From: Mycobacteriales bacterium
GTDB taxonomy: Bacteria > Actinomycetota > Actinomycetes > JAFAQI01 > DASSKL01
DNA length: 64,000 bases
Assembly: GCA_035690485.1 (NCBI GenBank)
Contig: DASSKL010000008.1
Location: forward strand, 62,586-126,585
Reading direction: 5' to 3'
Shown: piece after piece, positions 55,653-64,000 of the stretch
How positions within the stretch are numbered: the stretch's first letter is position 1
Layout: every line of letters starts with the position of its first letter
Notes under the pieces: model-generated
The model's input: only the letters and a program-made list of their open reading frames with translations
Database searches by the model: none
What the model was told of the DNA's origin: nothing
Program-made: the position numbers and the translations under genes

Positions 55653-56888
55653 ATGACCGGGCTGAAGGTCGATGTCGACGCCGACGAGGTGGGCTTCGAT
55701 CCGCAACGGTTGCAGCGAATCGACGCGCATTTCCGGACCTACGTGGACGACGGTCGGCTGCCCGGCTGGCTGGTGCTGGTCTCACGCGCGGGCAAGATCG
55801 CGCACCTGTCGACCTACGGCCAGCGCGACGTCGAGTCGGCGTTGCCGGTCGAGGAGGACACCCTCTTCCGCATCTACTCGATGACGAAGCCGATCACGTC
55901 GGTCGCCGCGATGATGCTCTACGAGGAGGGCGCGTTCCAGCTGACCGATCCGGTGAGCCGGTTCATCCCGTCCTTCGCGGACGTCCGGGTCTACACCGGC
56001 GGCTCGTCGGGCAAGCCGGTCACCGTGCCCGCCGTCGAGCCGGTGCGCATCTGGCACCTGCTGACCCACACGTCCGGGCTCACCTACGGCTTCCACTACG
56101 TGCACCCCGTCGACGCGATCTACCGGGCGGCGGGCTACGAGTTCGGGGCGCCACCCGGCATGGACCTCGCGGCGGCGTGCGACGGCTGGGCGGCGCTGCC
56201 CCTGCAGTTCCAGCCCGGCTCGGAGTGGAACTACTCCGTGTCCACCGACGTGCTCGGTCGCGTCATCGAGGTCGCGTCGGGCATGTCGCTCGACCGGTTC
56301 TTCGCCGAACGCATCTGCTCGCCCCTCGGCATGACCGACACGGCGTTCCACGTGCCGGAGGCGGAGCAGGACCGGCTCGGGGCGCTGTACGCCGTGCCCG
56401 CCGGGCAGCGCGAGAAGGTGCGCCACGACGCGATGGGCCGCACGGCTACCCGCCCGCCCCGGCTGCTGGCGGGTGGCGGGGGCCTGATCTCCACCGCCGC
56501 CGACTACCACCGGTTCACGCAGATGCTGCTGGGGTGCGGCGAGCTCGACGGCACCCGGTTGCTCGGCACCCGCACGGTCGCCTACATGACCCGCAACCAG
56601 CTGCCCGGCGGCGTCGACATCGAGACCTACGGCCGGCCGATCAACGCGGAGACCGGGTCCAAGGGCATCGGCTTCGGGCTCGGGTTCGGGGTCGTCGACG
56701 ACCCGGCCGAGGTGAAGGGGTTGTGCAGCCGGGGCGAGTACCACTGGGGTGGGCTGGCCTCGACCGCCTTCTGGGTCGACCCGGCAGAGGAGCTGACGGT
56801 CATCTTCCTGACGCAGCTGATGCCGTCGAGCACCTACCCGATCCGGCCCGAGCTGCGCCAGCTCGTCTACCAGGCCCTGGTCGACTGA
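55653..56888 (+). CDS. Serine hydrolase, beta-lactamase/transpeptidase-like (class C / esterase family)
   Basis: ATG with GGGAGG 4 nt upstream. SxxK motif YSMTKPITS, and YxN- and HxG-type downstream motifs. 411 aa. Confidence 0.85.
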   Translation: MTGLKVDVDADEVGFDPQRLQRIDAHFRTYVDDGRLPGWLVLVSRAGKIAHLSTYGQRDVESALPVEEDTLFRIYSMTKPITSVAAMMLYEEGAFQLTDPVSRFIPSFADVRVYTGGSSGKPVTVPAVEPVRIWHLLTHTSGLTYGFHYVHPVDAIYRAAGYEFGAPPGMDLAAACDGWAALPLQFQPGSEWNYSVSTDVLGRVIEVASGMSLDRFFAERICSPLGMTDTAFHVPEAEQDRLGALYAVPAGQREKVRHDAMGRTATRPPRLLAGGGGLISTAADYHRFTQMLLGCGELDGTRLLGTRTVAYMTRNQLPGGVDIETYGRPINAETGSKGIGFGLGFGVVDDPAEVKGLCSRGEYHWGGLASTAFWVDPAEELTVIFLTQLMPSSTYPIRPELRQLVYQALVD

Positions 56889-56916
56889 TCGACCGACCTG
56901 CCTCGCGCCCCGCCGC

Positions 56917-58854
56917 TCAGTGTCGGGCGTGCCAGTCGATGACCCGGGTGACCTGGTCGATCGCCTGCGAGGGCGTCCGGCTGACGTGTGAGCCGCCGGG
57001 GTAGCGCACGTACTCCACCTCGACGCCGTGCAGAGTCAGTGCGGCGTACAGCTCGTCGGACTGCCCGATCGGGCAGCGCAGGTCTCCCTCCCAGTGCTGG
57101 ATGAGCACGGGCGTGCGCACCTGCGGCACGTAGGTCAGCGGTGAGCGCTCGGCGAACACGGCAGCCTGGCGCCACGGGTCTCCGCCGAGCTGGTGCAGCG
57201 CGAACTCGTGGACGTCGGTGGTCCCCAGCATGCTGGTCTGGTCGAGGACGGGGGCGCCGACGACGGCGCTGCGGAAGCGGTCGGTGTGCCCGACGATCCA
57301 GCTGGTCATGAACCCGCCGTAGGAGTAGCCGCCGACGTGCAGCTGCTCAGGGTCGGCGAGCCCGCGCTCGACGACGTCGTCGACGCAGGCCATGAGATCC
57401 CCGTAGTCGCGCCCGCCCCAGTCCCCGACGCAGGCCTCGGTGAACCGTTGCCCGTAGCTCATGCTTCCGCGCGGGTTCGGCAGCAGCACGAGATGACCGG
57501 CGGCAGCGACCGACTGCAGGTTGGCGAGGTGCCGGCCACCGGGATGCACCCCGTGCGGGCCGCCGTGGATCTCCAGGTGCAGCGGTAGTCGCTTCTTGGC
57601 AGCGGCCGGCGGCCGGATGAGGAAGTACTCGATCTCCCAACCGTCGTCGGTGGTCACCGACGACCGCTGCACCGGGCTGAGCCGGATCTGCGCGCGGAAC
57701 TCGTCGTTGACGCGGCTCACCATGCGCTCGTCGCCACCATCGAAGCGGGCGACGTAGATCTCGCTCGGCGCATCGGGCCACACCGCGCTGAACGCCACGA
57801 TCTCGGCGCCGACGGAGAGGCCGTCGACCTGGCGATCGCCAGCCACCACGACGGTGGCGTCACCACCGCCGGGCGCGGCGCGGCGCAGCCCGGTCGCCCC
57901 GGCGTCGGTCACGAGGAACACCAGCGAGCCGTCGCCGGTCCAGGCGAACGGCGCCACCGGTCCGGCGATGGGCCCGGTGACCGGCCGGTCGAGGTGTGGC
58001 GCCACCTGCTCCGGCTCGCCGCCGTCCACGTCGACGACGAACAGCTTCTGGTCGCCGCTCCACATGCCCGCGGCCGTGGCGTGACCGATGAACGCGATCT
58101 TTCGCCCGTCCGGTGAGAACGACGGGAACGCCGCCCGCCCCCAGTTGCGGGTGAGCCGTCGGGGCCGGCCGCCGGTCGACGCGACGACCCACGCGTCGGT
58201 CTGGGCCTGGCGGTCGTCGCGACCGGCATCACGGTCCGAGGCGAAGGCGACCGCCGAACCGTCCGGGGACCACGCCGGCATGTCGTCGTGCCAGTCACCC
58301 TTCGTGAGCTGTCGGGTCTCCCCACTGGCGACGTCGAGGACGAACACGTGCCGCCGCCCGTCCTGCCAGCCGACGTTGTCGAGCCGTGCCGCGAGGCCCC
58401 GCACCACGCGCGGCGCCGCCTTCTCGACCGGCGTACGCTCCGCGACCGGTTTCGGCAGGTCGGTCGCGGTGACGTAGGCGATCCGGGTCGAGTCCGGCGA
58501 CCAGGCCGGCTGGCTGACCGCGCCGTCATGACTCGTGACGGCGGTCGGGGCGCCGCCCCGGAGCGGAGCAAGCCACAGCTGGCCCGGCTTGCCCTCCTCG
58601 GTGATCGAGACATAGGCCACCCAGCGGCCGTCCGGCGACCAGCGGGGACTGTGATCGGACGGCCCGTCGGTGAACGCCCGCGGCGGCTCCGACCCGTCGA
58701 CCGGCGCGACCCAGATCGAGGTCTGCGCCTTGTCGGTCTCTCGATCCATCCGGGTCTGGACCCAGGCGAGGTGCGTGCCGTCGGCGGACAGCTGCGGATC
58801 GCCCGCCGTCCCGAGCAGGTACAGGTCGTCGGGTCGCATCGGGCGTGGCGCCAT
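56917..58854 (-). CDS. S9 family peptidase (beta-propeller plus prolyl-oligopeptidase-type alpha/beta hydrolase)
   Basis: N-terminal TolB-like repeats (SPRWSPDG, PAWSPDG). C-terminal catalytic domain with GGSYGG nucleophile elbow, Asp and His (PGGSHV). Start at ATG 58854 with GAGGGAG upstream. The ORF continues to 58884. Confidence 0.85.
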   Translation of the reverse strand: MAPRPMRPDDLYLLGTAGDPQLSADGTHLAWVQTRMDRETDKAQTSIWVAPVDGSEPPRAFTDGPSDHSPRWSPDGRWVAYVSITEEGKPGQLWLAPLRGGAPTAVTSHDGAVSQPAWSPDSTRIAYVTATDLPKPVAERTPVEKAAPRVVRGLAARLDNVGWQDGRRHVFVLDVASGETRQLTKGDWHDDMPAWSPDGSAVAFASDRDAGRDDRQAQTDAWVVASTGGRPRRLTRNWGRAAFPSFSPDGRKIAFIGHATAAGMWSGDQKLFVVDVDGGEPEQVAPHLDRPVTGPIAGPVAPFAWTGDGSLVFLVTDAGATGLRRAAPGGGDATVVVAGDRQVDGLSVGAEIVAFSAVWPDAPSEIYVARFDGGDERMVSRVNDEFRAQIRLSPVQRSSVTTDDGWEIEYFLIRPPAAAKKRLPLHLEIHGGPHGVHPGGRHLANLQSVAAAGHLVLLPNPRGSMSYGQRFTEACVGDWGGRDYGDLMACVDDVVERGLADPEQLHVGGYSYGGFMTSWIVGHTDRFRSAVVGAPVLDQTSMLGTTDVHEFALHQLGGDPWRQAAVFAERSPLTYVPQVRTPVLIQHWEGDLRCPIGQSDELYAALTLHGVEVEYVRYPGGSHVSRTPSQAIDQVTRVIDWHARH

Positions 58855-58893
58855 GAGGCTCCCTCTCTGAAGGCTGCGGCCCATGATGGAGGC

Positions 58894-59610
58894 ATGCGAG
58901 GGCGAGTACCGGCGCGGGTGGTCGCCGCCCTCGTTTTGGGGACCGCCCTCACGGCGTGCGGGACCTCGCCGTCCCCGACCGCAGCTTCCACGTCGACATC
59001 TCCGAGCCCGCCGGCTGCCTCCGCGCCCCGGCCGGCCGCTCTCCCGCCGTACGCCTGGACGTCAGGCTCCGTGACGGCCGCGGACCTGCCGCACTCCTGG
59101 CACGCGGGTTGCCCGGTCGGGCCGGACCAGCTGCGCCGCCTGCGGCTCGTCTACTGGGGGTTCGACGGGGCTGCCCACACCGGCACACTGATCGTTGCCG
59201 CCGACGTGGTGCCGGTCGTGGTGCGGGCGTTCGAGCGGCTGTACGACGCGCGCTTCCCGATCCGCCTCATGGTGCCTATCGACGCCTACGGCGGCAGCGA
59301 CGACGCGTCGGTGGCCGCCGACAACACCTCGTCGTTCAACTGTCGCGACGCGGTCACGTCCGGGCCGCCGCACTGGTCGGAACACGCCTACGGAACGGCC
59401 ATCGACATAGATCCCTTCGAGAACCCCTACGTGGAGGGCAGCACGGTGACGCCGCCCGGGGCGACGGCGTACGCCGACCGCTCGCGCATCCGGCCCGGCA
59501 TGATCACACCCGGCAGCGTCGCCTTGCGTGCCTTCACCGACCAGGGCTGGGGATGGGGCGGCGTGTGGAACACGCCCGACTACCAGCACGTGAGCCGCAG
59601 CGGGCACTGA
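58894..59610 (+). CDS. Peptidase M15-family lipoprotein (VanY / D-Ala-D-Ala carboxypeptidase-like)
   Basis: Lipobox LTACG after MRGRVPARVVAALVLGTA. Metal-binding SEHAYGTAIDID and C-terminal DYQH. Embedded in the longer ORF 58288..59610. Confidence 0.7.
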   Translation: MRGRVPARVVAALVLGTALTACGTSPSPTAASTSTSPSPPAASAPRPAALPPYAWTSGSVTAADLPHSWHAGCPVGPDQLRRLRLVYWGFDGAAHTGTLIVAADVVPVVVRAFERLYDARFPIRLMVPIDAYGGSDDASVAADNTSSFNCRDAVTSGPPHWSEHAYGTAIDIDPFENPYVEGSTVTPPGATAYADRSRIRPGMITPGSVALRAFTDQGWGWGGVWNTPDYQHVSRSGH

Positions 59611-59647
59611 CCCGGAAGGTGCGACCGTGGCGTCGCTACGCTGCCGC

Positions 59648-60577
59648 ATGCGCCCCTTCAGGTTCGCCGTGCAGACCAGCCACGCCCCGGACATCACCAC
59701 CTGGCGGCAACGCGCTCGCGACGCCGAGTCGATGGGGTACTCCACCTACTACCTGCCCGACCACTTCGGCGAGCAGTGGGGGCCGCTGGTCGGACTAACG
59801 CTGGCGGCCGAGGCGACCGAGCGCATCCGCGTCGGCTGGCTGGTGCTCGACAACGACTTCCGCCACCCGATGGAGCTCGCCAAGGAGGTGGCGACGCTCG
59901 ACCTGGCCACCGAGGGGCGGGTGGAGTTCGGGCTCGGTGCGGGCTGGATGAAGACCGACTACGAGCAGTCCGGCATTGCGTACGACGACCCGGGGACCCG
60001 CGTCGATCGCATGGAGGAGAGCCTGCGGATCCTCAAGCGACTGTGGTCCGGGGAGCCGGTCGACTTCAAGGGCGAGCACTACACACTGGCCGGCGCCGTC
60101 TCGCACCCGAGGCCCTTCACGCGGCCGCACCCGCCGATCGTCGTCGGCGGGGGGTCGAAGCGCGTGCTGTCGATCGCCGCGCGGGAAGCCGACATCATCG
60201 GGTTCAACACCTCGCTGCGGTCGGGCGCGGCGGACCGGGCCGCAGCCGCGGCGGCCATCGCGCCGAAGTTCGACGAGCGCGTGCAGTGGGTGAAGGACGC
60301 GGCCGGTGACCGGTTCGAGGACCTCGAGCTGCAGTGCCACACGTCTTTCGTCGTGGTGACCGACGACCGGCCGGGTGTCGTCGACTCGATGGCCGGCGTC
60401 TTCGGGGTCTCGCCGGAGGAGGCGCTCGACGTACCGATCGTCGTCGTCGGCACGGTCGACGAGATCTGCGAGACGCTCCAGCAGCGCCGCGAACGCTGGG
60501 GCTTCAGCTACTGGGTCGTGTTCAGCGACTCGATGGCGGCCTTCGCGCCAGTGGTGGAGCGCCTCGCCGGCGCCTGA
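59648..60577 (+). CDS. LLM-class F420-dependent oxidoreductase (luciferase-like monooxygenase family)
   Basis: MRPFRFAVQT..., the TIM-barrel LLM pattern with GAGW and LILKRLWSGEPVDFKGEHY. The ORF starts at 59627. Confidence 0.75.
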   Translation: MRPFRFAVQTSHAPDITTWRQRARDAESMGYSTYYLPDHFGEQWGPLVGLTLAAEATERIRVGWLVLDNDFRHPMELAKEVATLDLATEGRVEFGLGAGWMKTDYEQSGIAYDDPGTRVDRMEESLRILKRLWSGEPVDFKGEHYTLAGAVSHPRPFTRPHPPIVVGGGSKRVLSIAAREADIIGFNTSLRSGAADRAAAAAAIAPKFDERVQWVKDAAGDRFEDLELQCHTSFVVVTDDRPGVVDSMAGVFGVSPEEALDVPIVVVGTVDEICETLQQRRERWGFSYWVVFSDSMAAFAPVVERLAGA

Positions 60578-60612
60578 CCCTCGTACGGCCTGATCGCAGT
60601 AGCGTCGCGCAC

Positions 60613-61044
60613 GTGGAGCCACGGATCAGCCTCGTCACTCTCGGCGTCGCCGACCTGGCCAGGTCACGTGCGTTCTACGACGCGCTCGGGTGGCAGGGCC
60701 AGGAGGTCGAGGAGACCTACTTCGTGCAAGCCGGCGGCATGGCCCTCGTCTTGTGGTCGCGGGCCAAGCTGGCCGGCGACGCGGGCGTAGACGACAGCGG
60801 CGGCGGTGGCTTCGGCGGCATCACCTTGGCGCACAACGTGCGTAGCCGTGAAGCGGTCGACGAAGTCATGGCAGCAGCCCGCGAGGCCGGTGCGACCATC
60901 ACCAAGCCGGCACAGGACACGTTCTACGGCGGCTATGCCGGCTACTTCACCGATCCCGACGGTCATGCCTGGGAGATCGCTCACAACCCGGGTTTCACCC
61001 TTGCCGACGACGGGTCCCTGACGCTGCCCGACTTCGGCGGCTGA
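60613..61044 (+). CDS. VOC-family protein (glyoxalase/bleomycin-resistance fold)
   Basis: VEPRISLVTLGVADLARSRAFYDALGW... HAWEIAHNP. GTG start. 143 aa. It is in a different frame from the overlapping annotated ORF 60334..61044. Confidence 0.7.
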   Translation: MEPRISLVTLGVADLARSRAFYDALGWQGQEVEETYFVQAGGMALVLWSRAKLAGDAGVDDSGGGGFGGITLAHNVRSREAVDEVMAAAREAGATITKPAQDTFYGGYAGYFTDPDGHAWEIAHNPGFTLADDGSLTLPDFGG

Positions 61045-61074
61045 CGGCGCCGAAGGAATGACGCCGACTGACGA

Positions 61075-61680
61075 TCAGGCGTGGCGGCGTACCCACTCGT
61101 ACATCGCAATGCCCGACGCGACCCCCGCGTTGATGGACCTCGTCGACCCGTACTGCGGGATGTGCAGCACGACCTCGACCGCATCGCGGGCAGCAGATGA
61201 CAAGCCCGGCCCCTCCTGACCGAACAGCAGGATGCACCGCCGCGGCACGTCGTACGCCGTCAGCGAGACCGACCCCGGCAAGTTGTCGACACCGAGGAGC
61301 GGCAGGTCACGCGCAGCCGCCCAGTCGGCCAGCGCGTCGATCGTCGCGTGGTGCAGCACGTGCTGGTAGCGATCGGTCACCATCGCGCCGCGGCGGTTCC
61401 AGCGTCTCCGTCCGACGACGTGCACGGCGTCGGCGAGGAACGCGTTGGCGTTGCGGACGACGGCACCGATGTTGAAGTCGTGCTGCCAGTTCTCGATCGC
61501 CACGTGGAACGGGTGCCGGTGCGCGTCCAGGTCGGCGACGATCGCCGCGTGCGACCAGTAGCGGTAGCGGTCGGCGACGTTGCGCGCGTCACCGGATTCC
61601 AGGAGCGCTGGGTCGAGCCGCGGATCGTCAGGCCAGGGCGGCGGATGCGGCCCGACTCCCACCGGCTCGTCGATCGTCAC
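61075..61680 (-). CDS. TrmH/SpoU-family RNA 2'-O-methyltransferase
   Basis: SPOUT motifs LLFGQEGPGLS and IPQYGSTRSINAGVASGIAMYEW. 201 aa. Confidence 0.75.
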   Translation of the reverse strand: MTIDEPVGVGPHPPPWPDDPRLDPALLESGDARNVADRYRYWSHAAIVADLDAHRHPFHVAIENWQHDFNIGAVVRNANAFLADAVHVVGRRRWNRRGAMVTDRYQHVLHHATIDALADWAAARDLPLLGVDNLPGSVSLTAYDVPRRCILLFGQEGPGLSSAARDAVEVVLHIPQYGSTRSINAGVASGIAMYEWVRRHA

Positions 61681-61695
61681 CCCATGAGGGTGCCG

Positions 61696-62889
61696 TCAGG
61701 CGACCGAGCCAGGTCCGTTGGGGTTGGACACCTTCTCCGCAGCCCGCACCGCGTCGGCGTCGTTCACGCCGCCGAGCGGGCCGTCGGGGATCGGCACCAT
61801 CCAGACGTGCGTCATCGGCGGCGTCACCTGCGACGACAGGCCGCGCGGGCAACGTCCCTGCGCGTCCTGCAACGCCACGACGTCGACGCCTGACAGACAG
61901 AGGTTGGTGTGCACGTGCCACTGCACCAGGCAGCCACCGGTCGCCGGCGGTTGGTTCGCTCCCGGTCCCATCATGTACATGACCGCCACGAGCACGGCAC
62001 CCTTGGGCGTGTTGGCATAGACGAGGCTGGCCGGTGCGTCGGGGGTCAGCGGGTCGCCGGTGCGCATGTTGGCGACGAAGTTGGCCAGCTTCATGTAGTG
62101 CACGACGGGCAGGCCGCTCGGCGTGATGGGCACGAAGCCGTCCGCCTTCGCGGTGGCGAGACTGGCGTACTTGCTGTCCGCCGCCACCGTCTGGTCTACC
62201 AACGTGCGGGCCTGCTCCTGCTGCTGCCGCGAGGGCACCTCCTGGCACATGGAGGTGACCATCTTCATGCCCTCGTCCATCTCCATCGAGATGGGCAGCC
62301 TGATGTCGCCGGCGGCCGAGGTCGTCGGCACTCGCAGGTGGAGCGTGGCCGAAGCCGTATCGGCGGCGCCCATGTCCATGCCGCCGTGGTGGGACTCCGA
62401 GGGGGCCAGGGCGAGCGCGGCGCTGGTGGAGGCCATGACCGCGAAGACCGCGAGCGTCGCGATCTGCACCCGCAGCACAGCGGCCAGCGGACGGCGCCAC
62501 CGGAAGCGCAGCAGGCCCAACGCGCCGGCGGCACACAGCACCTCGAGGGCTGTGGTCAGGGTGTCGAGCCAGCCGACCGGTTCAGCGGTCGAGGCGTCGG
62601 GACCGACGGGGACGCCATGTGCCCGGCTGAGCACCCAGACGGCCACGATCCCCAGCTGCAGTACGACGCCGCCGGCAAGCACCCAGCGGCGCGGTTGCAC
62701 GACCAGCGCGACCGCCCACGAGACCTGCAACCACGCGCAAACCAGGAAGAAGACGCCGAACAGCCAGTACTCGTGGAAGTGCTCACCGGTCACTGAGAAG
62801 TGAGCCGCCGCGGCGGCGACCGATGCCGCGGCCAGCACGACCCGCACGACCCAGCGCAGCGTCCCGCTGTCGGACTCGCCCATGCACAC
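61696..62889 (-). CDS. Integral membrane protein with Met/His-rich extracytoplasmic segment and Cys pairs
   Basis: Four N-terminal TM helices, then HHGGMDMGAADTAS...MEMDEGMKMVTSMCQE and CLVQWHVHTNLC. Confidence 0.55.
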   Translation of the reverse strand: MCMGESDSGTLRWVVRVVLAAASVAAAAAHFSVTGEHFHEYWLFGVFFLVCAWLQVSWAVALVVQPRRWVLAGGVVLQLGIVAVWVLSRAHGVPVGPDASTAEPVGWLDTLTTALEVLCAAGALGLLRFRWRRPLAAVLRVQIATLAVFAVMASTSAALALAPSESHHGGMDMGAADTASATLHLRVPTTSAAGDIRLPISMEMDEGMKMVTSMCQEVPSRQQQEQARTLVDQTVAADSKYASLATAKADGFVPITPSGLPVVHYMKLANFVANMRTGDPLTPDAPASLVYANTPKGAVLVAVMYMMGPGANQPPATGGCLVQWHVHTNLCLSGVDVVALQDAQGRCPRGLSSQVTPPMTHVWMVPIPDGPLGGVNDADAVRAAEKVSNPNGPGSVA

Positions 62890-63001
62890 CTCCGATGCGC
62901 TGGACCCTAACCCCGGTCGCTCCCCCCTGACAGCCGCTGACCGTAATGCCGGGGACCCGACGATTTGATCGGTGTTACAGGGTTTTCGGGGCGGCCGGGG
63001 C

Positions 63002-64000
63002 TCACGCCGAGCGCTGCAGCCCCGAGCCGTTGGACGTCGGCAGGCCGGCCGCGGCCAGGGCCTCCTCGACCAGCTGCCCCACCGCCTCGAACTCGAGCAG
63101 GAACCCGTCGTGACCGTAGGGCGAGTGCACGACCTCGAGGCCCGGGCAGGTTGCGATCCCGGCGGCGATCTCCTGCTGCAGGTAGAGCGGGTAGAGCCGG
63201 TCGCTGTCGATGCCGGCGACGAACGTCGGCGCCTTGACCCGGGACAGCGCCGCCTCCACGCCGCCGCGGTCCCGACCGACGTCGTGGGAGTTCATCGCGT
63301 TGCTGAGCACGACGTAGGTGTTGGCGTCGAAGCGGCGCGCCAGCTTGTCGGCGTGATGATCGAGGTAGGACTCGACCGAGAACCGGCCGCCACCGAACGG
63401 ATCCTCCTGCGCCTGCGGCACGCGACCGAACCGCTCGGCGAGCTCCGACTCCGAGCGGTAGGAGATGTGCGCGATCCGCCGGGCGATGCCGAGGCCGAGG
63501 TGCGGCCCCTCACCGGGTGGCGCGTCGTAGTAGTCGCCACCCCGGAAGCGCGGATCGGCCCGCACCGCCTGGATCTGGGCGGCGCAGAGCGCGATCTGCT
63601 CGGCCGTCGCGTAAGCCCCGCATGCGAGCACGACGGCCGACCGCAGCCGGTCGGGATAGGTGACGGCCCACTCGAGCGACCGCATGCCGCCCATCGAACC
63701 GCCCACGACCGTGGCCCAGCTGCCGACGCCGAGAGCGTCAGCGAGACCCGCCTCGACCGCGACCTGGTCTCGCACGGTGACGAAGGGGAAGCGACTCCCC
63801 CAGGGGCGGCCGTCCGGTGCCGGCGACGCCGGCCCCGTCGTGCCCTGGCAACCGCCGAGGACGTTCGGGGCCACGACCCACCACCGGTCGGTGTCGATGG
63901 CCTTGCCGGGACCGACGAGGCTGTCCCACCAGCCGGCGGTCGGGTGGCCGGGACCGGCCGGACCGGTCACGTGGCTGTCACCGGTCAGCGCGTGCGCCAC
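63002..64000 (-). CDS. metX: Homoserine O-acetyltransferase MetX. The 5' end lies beyond the window.
   Basis: Alpha/beta-hydrolase with GGSMGGM nucleophile elbow and the MetX-specific regions (VVLSNAMNSHD..., DSDRLYP). The ORF runs to the window edge. Confidence 0.85.
   Translation of the reverse strand: MAHALTGDSHVTGPAGPGHPTAGWWDSLVGPGKAIDTDRWWVVAPNVLGGCQGTTGPASPAPDGRPWGSRFPFVTVRDQVAVEAGLADALGVGSWATVVGGSMGGMRSLEWAVTYPDRLRSAVVLACGAYATAEQIALCAAQIQAVRADPRFRGGDYYDAPPGEGPHLGLGIARRIAHISYRSESELAERFGRVPQAQEDPFGGGRFSVESYLDHHADKLARRFDANTYVVLSNAMNSHDVGRDRGGVEAALSRVKAPTFVAGIDSDRLYPLYLQQEIAAGIATCPGLEVVHSPYGHDGFLLEFEAVGQLVEEALAAAGLPTSNGSGLQRSA

Noticed and set aside
1-64000. Search for mobile elements, tRNA/rRNA, integrase or transposase genes, and direct repeats flanking the accessory insertions
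   Set aside because: No transposase or integrase-like translation was found. The intergenic spacers are too short for tRNA genes and contain none. No flanking direct repeats were spotted by eye around 32276..41648. The insertion mechanism of the accessory genes is therefore undetermined.

Overview
This is a high-GC (about 70%) actinobacterial chromosomal segment that is densely coding on both strands. It contains no rRNA, tRNA, CRISPR array, transposase or integrase. Most of the very long ORFs in the six-frame track are GC-driven antisense artefacts and were rejected. The conserved backbone matches the mycobacterial gcvT / pepA / E2 (dlaT) / Rv2216 / lipB / lipA / Rv2219 / Rv2219A / glnA1 / glnE / glnA2 neighbourhood. 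It is flanked on one side by a minus-strand dpp/opp-type peptide ABC operon with two tandem paralogous substrate-binding lipoproteins, then nadA and a translationally coupled pspA / small acidic protein / htpX / 188-aa protein operon, then DUF3043 and an aldo-keto reductase. On the other side come nadE, an F420:NADP oxidoreductase, DedA, an MFS transporter, a GH38 alpha-mannosidase, a serine hydrolase, an S9 peptidase, an M15 peptidase, an LLM F420 oxidoreductase, a VOC protein, TrmH, a Met-rich membrane protein and metX. Several accessory insertions break the conserved order. Between pepA and lpd sits a secreted Pro/Thr-rich protein with a (His-Gly)n tail. Between the Rv2216-like gene and lipB sit a membrane-anchored pseudokinase and a divergent acyl-CoA dehydrogenase. 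Between Rv2219A-like and glnA1 sits a GAF / PP2C / HATPase multidomain regulator. The most interesting insertion is a roughly 9 kb block between glnA1 and glnE. It encodes a tandem-cyclase / STAND-ATPase / TPR protein, two paralogous secreted proteins sharing a Cys-containing C-terminal domain that ends in QDPKFF (one carrying three SLH repeats), an MFS transporter fused to a cyclic-nucleotide-binding domain, and a co-translated MBL-fold hydrolase. Read together this looks like a self-contained cAMP make / sense / break module, and I do not recognise it as a described system. A canonical double GlnR box (gTnAc-n6-GaAAc twice, 22 bp apart) lies about 75-110 bp upstream of glnA1. All functional calls come from reading motifs in the translations and from synteny knowledge. 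No database search was possible.
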